Source of the DNA: Felis catus
Lineage: Eukaryota
Length of the DNA stretch: 64,000 nt
Assembly: GCF_018350175.1 (NCBI RefSeq)
Contig: NC_058368.1
Coordinates: 6,386,001 to 6,450,000 of the forward strand
Direction of reading: 5' to 3'
Shown: positions 52,071 to 64,000 of the stretch, in pieces
How the letters are laid out: every line of letters begins with the position of its first letter
Numbering within the stretch: the stretch's first letter is position 1
The notes under the pieces: generated by a model
What the model saw: the letters and a program-made list of their open reading frames with translations, nothing else
Databases searched by the model: none
What the model was told of the DNA's origin: nothing
Program-made: the position numbers and the translations under genes

Positions 52071-53992
52071 TTCATGGATATAAGGCAGAAATAGTCGATT
52101 AAACGTTGGATAATTGGACAGAACTTTTCCTTTACAGCTGTCACCCTCTTTTGCCTTCCTTTGCTTCATTCTCCACATTACCACACGGGACCCTTGTTCA
52201 CCCTTCAGAGTTCAGGTCCCGCGTCCACAGGAGCTTGTCCGTGACTCTAGACAGCTGAGCACCCTGACCCCACAAACGGTTTTCTAACCCCGAATTCATT
52301 AACCTGCGCGGTCGGGTCAATGTCTCTCTCCCTCGTAGAATAGGGCTTCAGTGGGAAGGGGGGTTCCTTGTCTGCTTTGACTCCCCATTGGATCGTCAAC
52401 CTCCTACACCGCCGGGTAGGTGGTAGGTGCTCTGTAAGTATTTATTAGATATATGAGCAAAAGTTTTAAAGAAAGGAGGAAGAAAGGCAGAGATTTATTA
52501 TATGCTTACCACATTCCAGGATCTTTAGGTACAGCGTACCATTCAGTTGTTGTACCAGTTGGAAATAAGTTTCACACCAGGTAACAGAAAGCCCAACTAC
52601 GGTGGTTTGAACAAATAGGATGTTATTTGTCTCCCGTAACAAGAATTCCAGATTGGCACTTCAGGGCAGGTTTGACCGCTGACCAACATCCTAGGCTCTT
52701 GTGTTTCTGTACCTCCAAGTTGGCCAATATGACGATCTTGTCAAAATAACGGTTATGTCCCAGTCACTGGATTTCCTACTGTCGTATGAGCGGTAGGTTG
52801 GTTGTCTAAATAGCAGGTTTGAACCTCCATATGCCTCCTTAAACAAAATGTTGAGATTTCATGTTATTTATAATGTACTTTTTGCAGAGAGAAGTGAAAA
52901 GGATTCCCAGGTTTCCCCACATTGGGAAAAGCTTTCCTGAAGTGTCTGGTGATCCTTCACTGTGCATTCTTATGTCTGGGGCATTAAAAGCCATGTGAGA
53001 ATTGTGCGGGGAGAGATTATTGGCAGGTGTAACTGGTGGGTGACCTGGCTGGCATTTTGCGTAAGGGGAAGCCCTGGCCCAGTGTCCCATGTTTGTAGAT
53101 CTCTCTTCCAGTATTCCCAGGGAGGGATGTCCCGGTCTCTTTGGGTGGGAGTGAAAACCGGGCTGCCAGGGCTCTGGGAGCCACGTGGAGAAGCCAGCCA
53201 GGGAACGGGGGTGTAGGGAGAAGCCCCGTCTTACATTCAGTGTAGACTTTGATTGAATACCCCTGGTCTCAGTGCATTTCCTACCCCAACCTTTAGCTCT
53301 GCTTTGTGTCTCAAGTCCAAATCCTGGAGTTCACCAGAAAGTAAAACATGCCGGGTAGGATGGAGTGGAGGCAGCCCAGGAAGGGAGAAGGAATTTGTAA
53401 ATGGGTTTTTAAAAGCTAGTCCTCCTGTTGTCATATTCCTTCGTGTAGATCCTTGTGGTTCATCTAGTTCATTAGCTTATCCCACTTGGGAAGCCATCCC
53501 CTGCTCCCCCACCTCTGTCCGTTTCATGCATACGTGTCACCTTCTGTTCCTGAGCTGTTGTTGGGGAAGGTGGGCAGTGGGCTCACTTCCTTTCTCCCTT
53601 CATTGGCCTCCAGGGTATGGCCTTGTCTGTGTCTTCATCTGATTAGGCTCTGTCCAGTTTGGGACCGCTGTGTCCTTTCCTGCCCTTAGCACTTCTGGGC
53701 TTATGCCTTTTTGATCTCTCATCATGTTAGTAGAGAGGGAGGGAAAGTAAAAATGCATGCATTCAGTCATTCATACTTTACTGGAAATCTTGCTTACATT
53801 ATCTTTCTATAAAAGTCGGGTTGTATGCTAAATATATCTTGGCAATCGATAAACTTTTATGTAATTAATTCGACATCTGCTGTGTTTCTAGCTGATTGTC
53901 TCACGTAGAAAGGATAATGAAAACTCTAAGTTTCTTAAAATGTGACTGTGAGCTTTTAAAAAAATGTCTTTTTGATTTTCAGATCGTGAGCC

Positions 53993-54125
53993 ATGCCTTT
54001 AGTGAAGAGGAACATCGAGCCCCGGCACTTGTGCCGGGGAGCCCTGCCGGAGGGGATTACCAGTGAACTTGAATGTGTAACCAACAGTACCCTTGCTGCT
54101 ATCATACGCCAGCTCAGCAGTCTAA
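53993..54125 (+). CDS. WASF3: WASF3 (WAVE3/SCAR3) first coding exon, N-terminal WAVE homology domain; partial CDS (44 codons + 1 nt)
   Basis: Manual translation ATG CCT TTA GTG AAG AGG AAC ATC... = [44 protein letters not shown], matching the WAVE3 N-terminus as I recall it (WAVE1 and WAVE2 differ, e.g. NIDPRH / MPLVTRN). Acceptor tttttgattttcAG at 53981-53982, exon starts 53983, context gccATGc, donor CTAA|GTAAGT at 54125/54126. Absent from the supplied ORF track (<60 aa). Confidence 0.97.
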
Positions 54126-55090
54126 GTAAGTCATCTTCTGTCTAGAACACTTTTTTCTGATTACCGATGGCATGTGACGAACTTCAACGTCAGCACATTG
54201 GTTTCACTTCAGTCGTTAGTTTTGTCCCAAGAAGAGACCGCAGCTTTGAAGGAAAGAGCCCACCCCCGCCCCCTCCCGATTTTCCCAGAGTGAAATAACT
54301 CACTGGTCTTAGGATACCAACTTTATGTGCTGAAGACGTAAAGTTCAAATTGACCCTTTTACAGATTGTTAGATAAGACCGAATTGTGGATTCAAAGTAG
54401 TGTCGGTTCTTATTAAATGAGGATTAAATGATTGGTACTTTTTTTAAAAATGTGAATTACTTTGTTAAGCTTGGACAGGACTGATTTTTTTCTTTTTAAC
54501 GGGATAAATTAAAAACTTGTTAACACTTGTAACATGCCTGGCACAGAGTAAGTGCTCAAGTATTTGTTGGTTAACTAATGCTCCAAGTGAATTGACGATT
54601 AAAGCCAAAAAGTAGTGAGATTTGCTGATTTTCACTTACTAAGATGCAGGTACCAACTTCCAAATTGAGGTCAACAGATAAACTGTTACATATACAACAC
54701 TGTGTATGTATTACATGTGCAGGTATATAAACGCAAGCAAATATAAGGAAGAAAGGACTTTCTGTTATTTTAATTTTGAATATGAAGGTGAAACACCCAA
54801 GAAATAGTTCATTTCTTAAGACTCAGATATTCACGAAAATGCATTTTCCTTCAAAGTTTCTTGAAGTCAGAATGTTTTCCCCCTAACTCTTACATTTATA
54901 AAATGATCTTGTTATCTTACTTTGTCCCACTCCTTTTTGGTTTAGATGGTTTACACCACGTTTGGGTGACGGGTTTTCACAGTAAAATGTTCCAGAAGCT
55001 CTGCTAATAATTAGAAAATCCTCCATGATTTCCCCTACTGGTAGCCTCAAGCATAGAAATATGCTTTTTAAGAACATTCAGGTACTTTCT

Positions 55091-55668
55091 GGGGTGCCTT
55101 GGGGGCTCAGTTGGTTAAGTGTCTGACCCTTGATATCGGCTCAGGTCACGATCTCGCAGTTCATGGGTTTGAGTCCTGTGTCCGGCTCTGTGCTGACAGC
55201 ACAGAACCTCCTTGGGTTTTCTCTGTCTCTCTCTCTGTCTCTCTCTCTGTCTCTCTGTGCCCCTCCCCCCCCCGCTGGTGCTCGCTGGCTGTCTCACTCT
55301 CTCTCTGTCTCTCTCTCTCAAAATGAATAAATAAACATTTAAAAAAAAATAAAAACACTCAAGTAATTTTATTTAAATTTTGAGGAAGAAACATTCTGGA
55401 GAAGTATTTTTTCTTTAAAAGAATTGTACAGGGGCGCCTGGGTGGCTCAGTCGGTTGAGCGTCCGACTTCGGCTCAGGTCACGATCTCGCGGTCCGTGAG
55501 TTCGAGCCCCACGTCGGGCTCTGGGCTGATGGCTCCGAGCCTGGAGCCTGCTTCCGATTCTGTGTCTCCCTCTCTCTCTGCCCCTCCCCCATTCATGCTC
55601 TGTCTCTCTCTGTCCCAAAAGTAAATAAACGTTAAAAAAAAAAATTTAATAAAAAAAAAATAAATAAA
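55091..55668 (+). mobile_element. Two CAN-SINEs (55091-55355; young copy 55431-55668)
   Basis: Second copy has TSD aaaagaattgtaca. Confidence 0.93.
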
Positions 55669-56115
55669 AGAATTGTACAGTGTTGTTATATTTTTCATAT
55701 ATCTATAATCATTGGCTGAGGCAAAAGTAACTTGAAAATTACTTAAAATCTGTTTTGAAATAGGTATCTTTTGGAATCTAAACTAATTACAATTGATTTT
55801 GAGTAGCGGTTGTTGATAAAATGTATAAATTGGTATAATTACAGGAAAATAGCTGGTAAATTATCGAAGGCTAGAAATGTTTCTGTTTGAATTCATAATA
55901 TTTTTGTAAGAACACTCTGGTCTCTTGTTTTTATGGCTGAAGTGTCTATTGACGCGGAGTATAAAAGATGGAAACCAACATAAATCGTTGAAGTTTTAGT
56001 AGTCAGGCTGCATCTCATGCTGTAATAACACTCAGCATCGTGTTGTTGGTCGTGTTTATGGCGTCTGTAAGCAAACCCCACACGTTCTATGTTCTGTTCC
56101 CCATAGTCTGCTCAT

Positions 56116-56515
56116 GGAGGCAGAATAAGAATGGCCCCTCTAAAGATGTCTGCGTCTTAATCCTTGGAACCCTTGGATACGCTATGTGACATGATGGGGA
56201 AATGAAGGTTGCTAATCAGCTAATCTTAAGAAAGAGGTTAGCTTGGATTATCCAGTGCAATCCCAGGGTTCCTTTAAATGTGGAAGGAGGAGGTGGAACA
56301 GCCCACATCAGAGCGATGTGATGTGAGAAAGACTGAATCAGCCGTCGCCGGCTTAGAAGATGGCAGAAGAGATTGTAAACCGCGGAACGCGGGCCACTTC
56401 TGGAAGGTGGAAAAGACCAGGAGATAGATTCTCCTCTGGGGCCTCCAGGATGAACGTAGCGCTGCCAAAACCTTGATTTAGCCCAGTGACATCCCTTTCA
56501 GACTTCTGACCGCTA
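56116..56515 (+). mobile_element. MLT1 (MaLR, MLT1D-like) solo LTR
   Basis: ggcagaataagaatggcccctctaaagatgtc...aaggttgctaatcagct...gattctcctctggggcctccag...accttgatttagcccagtga...ttcagacttctgacc. Confidence 0.8.
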
Positions 56516-58582
56516 GGTTTCATTGCACCCACCTAATCCACTCAGGGATGGGCACCGACTGGCCTCAAGGACAGTCAGCCTTAGTTAGGCTGCCCCAGTG
56601 GGTCCCAGCCCTGTCCCTGCTAGAATCACCTGGGGAGCTTTAAAACAAGGTGCTAGGAATCCCCCCAGAGATGATGATTGGAGTGTGCCCTGGCAGTGTG
56701 ATCTAGAGAATCTGGTACCGTGTATCCGCATTGAAACGATGAGCCGGGTCAGCCCTATGCTTGCAGGAAGTTCGACCTAAGAAACACGGCGAGCTCGCTA
56801 GGTTATTATGGGACCTGCTGCTGAAGTGTCCCCCAGGACCGAAGCAGTGATGGCCACCCGCAAGCTGAAGCTGGGGTTGTGGGCAGAGTTTAAGAGAAGG
56901 CAGAGGAAGCCAGCTGGTGAAGGCAGGCGAAAGCATGGGCAGAAACAGGAGCTGACGGGGAGAGAGACCGCAGGTCGCAGCCTGGCGGAGGCAGCACCTC
57001 GTCCCTACACCTGCGCGGGGGAGCTTTCCCTCCCGTGCAGGGGGTGGTGGTCGGGCATCCTCAGAGCACAGCCGCTACCTTCCCCTTCCTCGTGATCCAT
57101 GCTTGCGGCCCAAAGAGACTTCCGGAAAGGGGACTATAGTGATACGTAGGCCAAGGATGTAATTGTATGAAACTAATACACCTAGTTACTTACTGGTAGT
57201 AGAATAGCACGTTGTCGGTTACCAGTGATTTATTCTTGAGTGATTGTTCACTCGGGATCCCCTAGGTGCAACGCATAGCAAATAAAATCGACTTGGTACC
57301 TGCGTGGAATTTTAAAAGCATATATAATTGGCGGTGATGTCATAGAACAGGAAGCACATGCACTTACTATGACGATGCTCTAGCACTCACACGTGTAATA
57401 AATGACCGCTCCGTTTGGGGTGACTCCATTTTGTGGGGGGCTTGCACGGAGTCGAACTTTATGACAGGAGATATTTTTTGATCTAATTTTTTATGATCTA
57501 AACTTGCTAGGAAGAATCAGAATTTAAAAATTACGTTTTTATGTTATTTTCTAATTTTGTAATCCTTCATCAGGTATTTTTAAAATGAAGTTTTAGGAAT
57601 GCATGAATCTGTCATTCAAAGTCTTCTAAAAAAAAAAGTCTTCTACTGAGTATTAATTCCCAAGATAAAGTCAAAAAGGAATCTATTTTTTTATCCCATT
57701 AGGCACTAGGCCCAGATAAGTCTTAATCTTCCCTGCTTCCCTACCCACCGTCCCACACGCCATGACCACCCCTCGTGGGGGTTCCCCAGGTTAGGAGTGG
57801 GTGATGACATCACCTGAACTTCTCATGAACCATATAGAGAGAGGCTGGACTCCATCTACAAAGGCCATGGTGGGCAGAGTCCCATGGGAACTTGAAGGAT
57901 TTGCCTCGACCCCACACACACTCCTATGCGCCTGAACAGCAGAGACTTGCCCTGGGCGACCTTCTGCGATGGTCCAGGGTAACTGATTCTCCAGTAGGTG
58001 CAAGGGAGGAAGAACAGACCAGGAGTCCATAGGAATTTGGTTGCTCTTTTCCAAAAAGGAAAACTTAGAAATCCAGGCCCCGTTTCACCAGATCATTCTG
58101 ATTCTCATCACGTGTCTGGGCAGTTCAACATCATGCAGATATCACTGACTTTGCATAATCAAGAAAAGAATATGGTCCTGGATACCAAATAGACCTCTGA
58201 AGCCCCTAAAATTCTGCATAACTTTTGGGAAATCTATAGGTTTTTACCAAGTACCATGTTCCCATTATATCCAGATGAGACACTTGACTTTAAAGGGTGA
58301 GAAATTTTGTCAGCTCTAGATTTTTTTAACCAGGCTTTTCAGGGAATTGAAATCTTTTCAATGAGAAAATATTGATTATTGTAAGGAGTTTAAGAACAGT
58401 CATAGAAATGCAAGAGCAGATTTGTAACTTGAATCGCCTTATAGTTAAAAGATCAAAGCTTTCTCCAATAAAGAATTAGTAATTTTCAGATTTTTTTTCT
58501 TTTGTGTGTTCCTGACTTCTAATAGTGATCTGGGGGAAGTGGGAGGAGACAGGGAAGCCATTATTTAAAACAGTTTTGGTTA

Positions 58583-58805
58583 GGGGCGCCTGGGTGGCTC
58601 AGTCGGTTAAGCGTCCGACTTCGGCTCAGGTCGTGATCTCGCGGTCCGTGAGTTCGAGCCCCGTGTCGGGCTCTGTGCTGACAGCTCAGAACCTGGAGCC
58701 TGCTTCTGATTCTGTGTCTCCCTCTCTCTCTGACCTTCCCCCCATTCATGCTTTGTCTCTCTCTGTCTCAAAAATAAATAAACGTTAAAAAAAAATTTTT
58801 TTTTA
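58583..58805 (+). mobile_element. CAN-SINE
   Basis: TSD aaacagttttggtta. Confidence 0.93.
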
Positions 58806-59679
58806 AACAGTTTTGGTTAATAGTGTGTTACTTGGTTTTCTAACTATGGAATATTGACTTTTTTTCCTTCAAATAATGACAGTTTAGTGTAGCAATTAAA
58901 TCAGTGCTTTTTCGTCATTTTGCTTGATTAATAATCTGAGTACTCTTGTTCCTATCAGCTAGTTGCTCAATTAAAATTACAGTATCTTGCAATCAAATTC
59001 CTACTGATATTATAATGTAATTTTAATATAATTTGCATTAAAAAGGACATGGGAATATAGGACATTTGTGCCAAGGATGACATAAATCCTCTTTAATACC
59101 TCTAGGCTGTTTTTTACGACTTCTTTTCTCTTTGTTCTTGTGACAATAATGGTCTTTCTTTTCCCATCTGAAGAAGCCTCCCAGGATGTCACAAAGAAAG
59201 GGATCAGACCTTTAGTGCAGCACCCCCCACCCCAAGGTTTTTGCTTGTATTAGATGGCATTAATGAGATAATACAGAGAACTTCCAGAGCACAGGAAAGC
59301 ACATAGGAAAAAAAAATTGCAAAATTTTCATTAATCAGAGAAGGTAATCGGTAATGCCTTATATACGTCTTCATAAAAATTGTATCTTATTATACATATG
59401 GTTTTGTAGCCTGTACTCAATATATAGTAAGCATCTTTGTTGATTCTTCTAGGACATAGTTCTTAATGGCTAGAGATTATTATATTGATATACCATAATT
59501 ATTTAACCATGTTTCTACTGTTGGACATATAAATTGTTTCTTTGTTAAGGAGTGACACTATCAGAAATTCTTGTATAAACCAACATATACATCTCCAGTT
59601 ATTTTTGGTATTAAAAAATTTTTTTGAGACACCATTCATTTTAAATATACCTCTCCCTTAAAAACTTATTACAAAATCA

Positions 59680-60202
59680 GCTGCCTGGGTGGCTCAATCG
59701 GTTGGGCATCTGACTTCGGCTCAGGTCATGATCTCACGGCTCGTGAGTTCGAGCTCCATGTCAGGCTCTGTGCTGACGGCTCAGAGCCCGGAGCCTGCTT
59801 CACATTCTGTGTCTCCCTCTCTCTCTGCCCCTCCCCTGCTCACGCTCTGTCTCTCTCAAAAATAACATTGAACAAATTAATTTAAAAAATTATTACAAAA
59901 TCAATTTTTCTGTTAATTTCAGTGTTGCAGGCAATTGCATGAATGAGAAAGGAGATCTGTTGATTTCTCAAAGATTTTAATAAATGATTAATATTTTTAC
60001 TAATAATCCTTGTGATGCATACTGTTTCATATCAAACCAAATGCTAGATCAGCATAAAAAATACTACCTATTAATAGGGAGATACCCGGGTGGCTCTCAG
60101 TTAGGTGTCTGACTTTGGCTCTGGTCATGATCTCATGGTTTGTGAGTTTGAGCCCTGTGTGGCGCTCTGTACTTACAGCTCAGAGCCTGGAGCCCACTTT
60201 GG

Positions 60203-60254
<52 letters not shown>

Positions 60255-60325
60255 CTGCTCCCCCACTTGTTCTCTCTCTGTCTCAAATATAAATAAATAA
60301 ATATAAAAAAAAGATTAAAAAAATA
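59680..60325 (+). mobile_element. Two CAN-SINEs (59680-59890; 60077-60325 with long (CT)n)
   Basis: TSDs attacaaaatca and aaaaaatactacct. Confidence 0.9.
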
Positions 60326-61089
60326 CTACCTTAAGGGCTTGCTCACCTTTGGTTTATCTAATCAGATCTAAAATTTGGAGTTAGATTAATTGATTATATC
60401 AAGTGCAGTTCTACTCAGAATAGAGATCTAAATATTTTGAAGGCATGCACTAAATAGATCTCTAAGATGTTTGTAGGGGGATATGGGGGAGGAAGGGGAG
60501 ATACCCAAGTGCAGTAGGTACAAGAAATAGGTCACAAGTACATTTCCATGCAGTGTAAGGCCAGGGTTAAAAGGCTATGGTTAGGAGAAAACGTACTGCT
60601 GTATCTGGATAGAGGTTGACTGGAAGAAACAGCAAGAACTTTAAAAATTTTAATGCTTCAAACTGAGATAAATGTTTGCGTTTCTTGTGGACTCAAACAG
60701 AAAGCCAGTGAAGGGAGCAATGTATACTTAGGAAAACTATGAGATAAAAGTTCTGTCAGCAAATTGGAGGCAAGTGTAAGAGGCCCCCCTCCCGAGAGGC
60801 AGGATTGTCAGGAATTCAAGCACTTTGCGGACCCATCATTTGACCTGAAATATCAGAAATTCTTCCTTACAGGCGTTATAGAAGTAATTATGACTTAGAT
60901 TGTTTTTCATTTCTCCTTTTTCTAGATGGACCTCTACATAGCAGAGTTTAAATGTAAGATAATTCATAGGAACACAAGTTGGAGAGTCCAGCCAAATCTG
61001 TATGTTTAGTCCTATCATTGAACTTCTGGTTTATCATATGTATCCTTCCTGTTTCATGAGTATGTAGGCTTATGTGATTTATAGATGGT

Positions 61090-61103
61090 TTCTTTTCCCT
61101 TTT

Positions 61104-61135
<32 letters not shown>

Positions 61136-61137
61136 TT

Positions 61138-61190
<53 letters not shown>

Positions 61191-61228
61191 TCTTGAGAGT
61201 ATGCAGGAGTTGGGGAGAGGAGCCGAGG

Positions 61229-61264
<36 letters not shown>

Positions 61265-61385
61265 CTCAAGCATGCTTGACGCCCAGTGCAGAGCCTGATA
61301 TGGGGCTCGATGCCATGACCCTGGGATCATGGCCTGAGCTGAAATTGAGTCGGACGCTCAACTGACTGAGCCACCCAGGCATCCC
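61090..61385 (-). mobile_element. CAN-SINE with a (TTTC)n tetranucleotide tail (~61102-61190)
   Basis: Antisense head gagccacccaggcatccc; tail expanded into GAAA repeats. Confidence 0.9.
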
Positions 61386-61499
61386 TAGATATTTTTCTAA
61401 TTGTTTTGCTTTACTAAAGCCGACCATCTAAAAACTTTGAGGGAAGATTTTAAAGGTTTTTAATATTCTAAAATTTTGCTATGCTCACTCCCACATTAG

Positions 61500-64000
61500 G
61501 AACATGATTGTTATTATCAGCGGCCTAAAGTAGCATTCTTCTGTCAAGCGTGCCCTCGTATAAGACTAAACATTTGCTATCTCATTTCTACTATTCTACA
61601 TACCTTGTCCAGTGAAAAAAATACAAGACATTCAGAAAAGGAGAAAAATGTGACTTCATAATTAAGAGAAAAAGCAACTGGTGGCCGCAGGACCCACAGA
61701 TGACCCCAGTTTTGGAGTAGCTGAAAAATGCTATGAAAAATATATTGAAGGCGACTTCCAGGTTCCAACCTGGCATTGAAGGGGCTCAGAAATGATTGGT
61801 GATAAAAAAAAACACAAGAAAAAGCTGAACAAATTGAAAACCCAGAAGCTTCTCTTCGATCTATCAGAGAACGGAGGTCACAGTTCAAACCACTGCCCCC
61901 ACGTGTGGAGAGACTGGTGAATTGCTGAGGGCTCAGTGAGAACAAGTTTGAGAGTTAAAAGCTCGGGGGGGGGGGGTCCATTCTTTGTGGGGCTTCCACA
62001 CTTGGTGAGTTTTACTGTCAGGTGCCCTTCTGTTCTCACGGTAAACATTAGAGCAAAATCCCCTTGAGTTTCCATCAGAGGAAACTGATGGGCCACCTAC
62101 TCCAGCCCCTTCTCGCCTTCCTTTCTCATCTAAGGGGGAGCGGAGTGAGACCCGGGGGCCTAGGCTCACTGAAAGACTGACACTGGGTCATAGGGCTACC
62201 ATCAGTAGGTGAAGGGATAGGAAGATGGGGAATATACGTGGACACGGTGGGGTATTTATTCAGCAAGGAGAAGGAAGGACATCCTGCCATTTGGAACATG
62301 GATGTACCTGGGGGACTTTATGGTGAGTGAAATGAGCCATACAGAGAAGACTGTATGATCTCATTTATGTGCGGAGTCTTTAAAAAAAAAAAAAAAAAAA
62401 GTTGAACTCCTAGAAGCCAATAGTAGAATGGTTGTTGCTGGGTGAGGGCTGTGGGGGAGGGGAAGCAGGCAGATGCTGGTCAGAAGGTACAAGCCTTTAG
62501 CTTTTGGTTACAGGATGACTAAGTTCCAGGGATCTAATGTACAGCATGGTGACCATAACTAAAAATACTGGATTGTATGTTTGAAATTTGCTAAAGGAGT
62601 AGATGGTAGGGGTTCTCACCAAAAAAAGAAAAAAAAGAAAAGGTTTGTGAGGTGATGGTATGTTAATCAATTGTGGTAATCCTTTCACTAAGTGTGTGTA
62701 TTTCAAATCATGACATTGCACACTTTAAATATATACAGTTTTGTCCGTTACACATCAGTAAAGCTGGAACCAAAGGGCATAGGACTCTAGAACACTTTCC
62801 CTCCCCCCACACCTTCCCAACACGTCACCAAAGGCCTTCGTATCCCAGTTTCCTTTGACCCTGTACAGCATGTCTGGGTTTCACCAAAAAAAAAAAAAAA
62901 AAAAAAAAAGAAATGTAAAAAACCCAGTTTGAAGAGGCAGAGGAAGCATCAGAAGCAAAGTCAGATATGGTAGGGACGTTGTAATTATCAGACCAGGAAT
63001 TTAAAAGAGCTGATTCATATGTCAAGGATGCCAATGGAAAAAGCAGACAGGATTCAAAAACAGATGGGTCATGTCAGCAGAGAGATTGAAGTTATAAGAA
63101 AGAGTTAAAAAAATATATTGGAGGATAGATCAAAAAACTAGGTGACTGACATACATGAAGAAATAGAGAATTTATTTTCTAAAAAAATTTTTTTAGTGTT
63201 TATTAAAAAAATTTTTTTTTAACATTTATTTATTTTTGAGAGACAGAGGCAAAGCATGAGCAGGGGAGCGGGGGAGGGAGAGAGATACAGAATCTGAAGC
63301 AGACTCCAGGCTCTGAGCTGTTCATCGGCACAGAGCCTGATGCAGGGCTCAAACGCACAAACCGCAAGACCATGACCCGAGCTGAAGTCGGGTGCTCAAC
63401 CGACTGAGCCACCCAGGTGCCCCTAGTGTTCATTTTTGAGATAGAGACAGAGCACGAGCAGGGGAGAGGCAGAGAGAGAAGGAGACACAGAATGCGAAGC
63501 AGGCTCCAGGCTCCAAGCTTTCAACACAGGGCATGACATGGAGTTTAAGCTCACGAACCGTGAGATCATGACCTGAGCTGAGGTCAGACGCTTAACTGAC
63601 TGAGCCACCCAGGCGCCCCAGAAATAGGGAATTTCAACAGAGAAATGGAAACTATAGAGAAAATAAATAGAACTGAAAATGCCAGTATCAGAAATAAAGG
63701 AGTTCACTTGATGGTCCTACTTGCAGAATGGACACAAGCAGAAGTGGCTTGGGGACAAACCAGTAGAAATTATTCAAACTAATTCACAAGAGACACCGAA
63801 TGATAAAAAAGAAAAAAAAAAAAGAACAGAACAACCAGAATATGGGCTAATATCAGAGGGTCTAATACGTATGTAATTGGAGTCCCAGAAGGAGAGGAGA
63901 GAGCAAAAATAAGGTAGACAAAATAACGGATGAGAATTTTTGAATATTGATGGTAGATATCAACCAGCGGGTTCAAGAAGCTCAGCAAATTTGCAGAAGT
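61500..64000 (+). mobile_element. Old L1 5'/ORF1 remnant with nested L1 3' end (~62220-62770) and SINEs
   Basis: gaccacagatgacccag, aacagatgggtcatgtcagcagagaga, ggagtcccagaaggagaggag, ttcaagaagctcagcaaa; nested piece gatctaatgtacagcatggtgacc. Confidence 0.75.
63185..63619 (-). mobile_element. Two tandem/nested antisense CAN-SINEs in L1
   Basis: Heads end at ~63423 and ~63619; outer TSD-like agaaatag(a/g)gaattt. Confidence 0.9.

Noticed and set aside
33908..55698. Recurrent ORFs such as MGQRETEHERGRGRERGRHRIG and MAQSVKRPTSAQV that look like a gene family
   Set aside because: They are translations of CAN-SINE copies.
54126..64000. Next WASF3 coding exon (expected to continue S-KHAEDIFGELF)
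   Set aside because: I could not find this sequence; it presumably lies beyond the window.

Overview
Mammalian genomic DNA from a felid: about 35 carnivore tRNA-derived CAN-SINEs of the SINEC_Fc type and a felid-type L1 3' end. The window lies inside the 5' part of WASF3 (WAVE3), transcribed on the + strand. The only coding sequence I can support is the first coding exon (53983-54125; ATG at 53993; [44 protein letters not shown]; phase-1 donor). A likely non-coding 5'-UTR exon lies at 25548-25625. The promoter/exon 1 and later coding exons are not visible in the window. The rest is intron filled with SINEs, L1/L2/MIR fragments, solo LTRs, Tigger2-type MITEs, microsatellites and a degenerate, internally deleted ERVL provirus (~45.8-48.8 kb, antisense, unusually CpG-rich). 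Almost all ORFs in the supplied track are repeat-derived or chance. The most interesting reading is a candidate uORF that starts in the 5'-UTR exon. Depending on which of two 5' splice sites is used, it ends 3 nt or 25 nt before the WASF3 ATG. I found no new multi-gene system. Repeat family names come from recalled consensus sequences, not a database search, and repeat boundaries are approximate unless TSDs/TIRs are cited.
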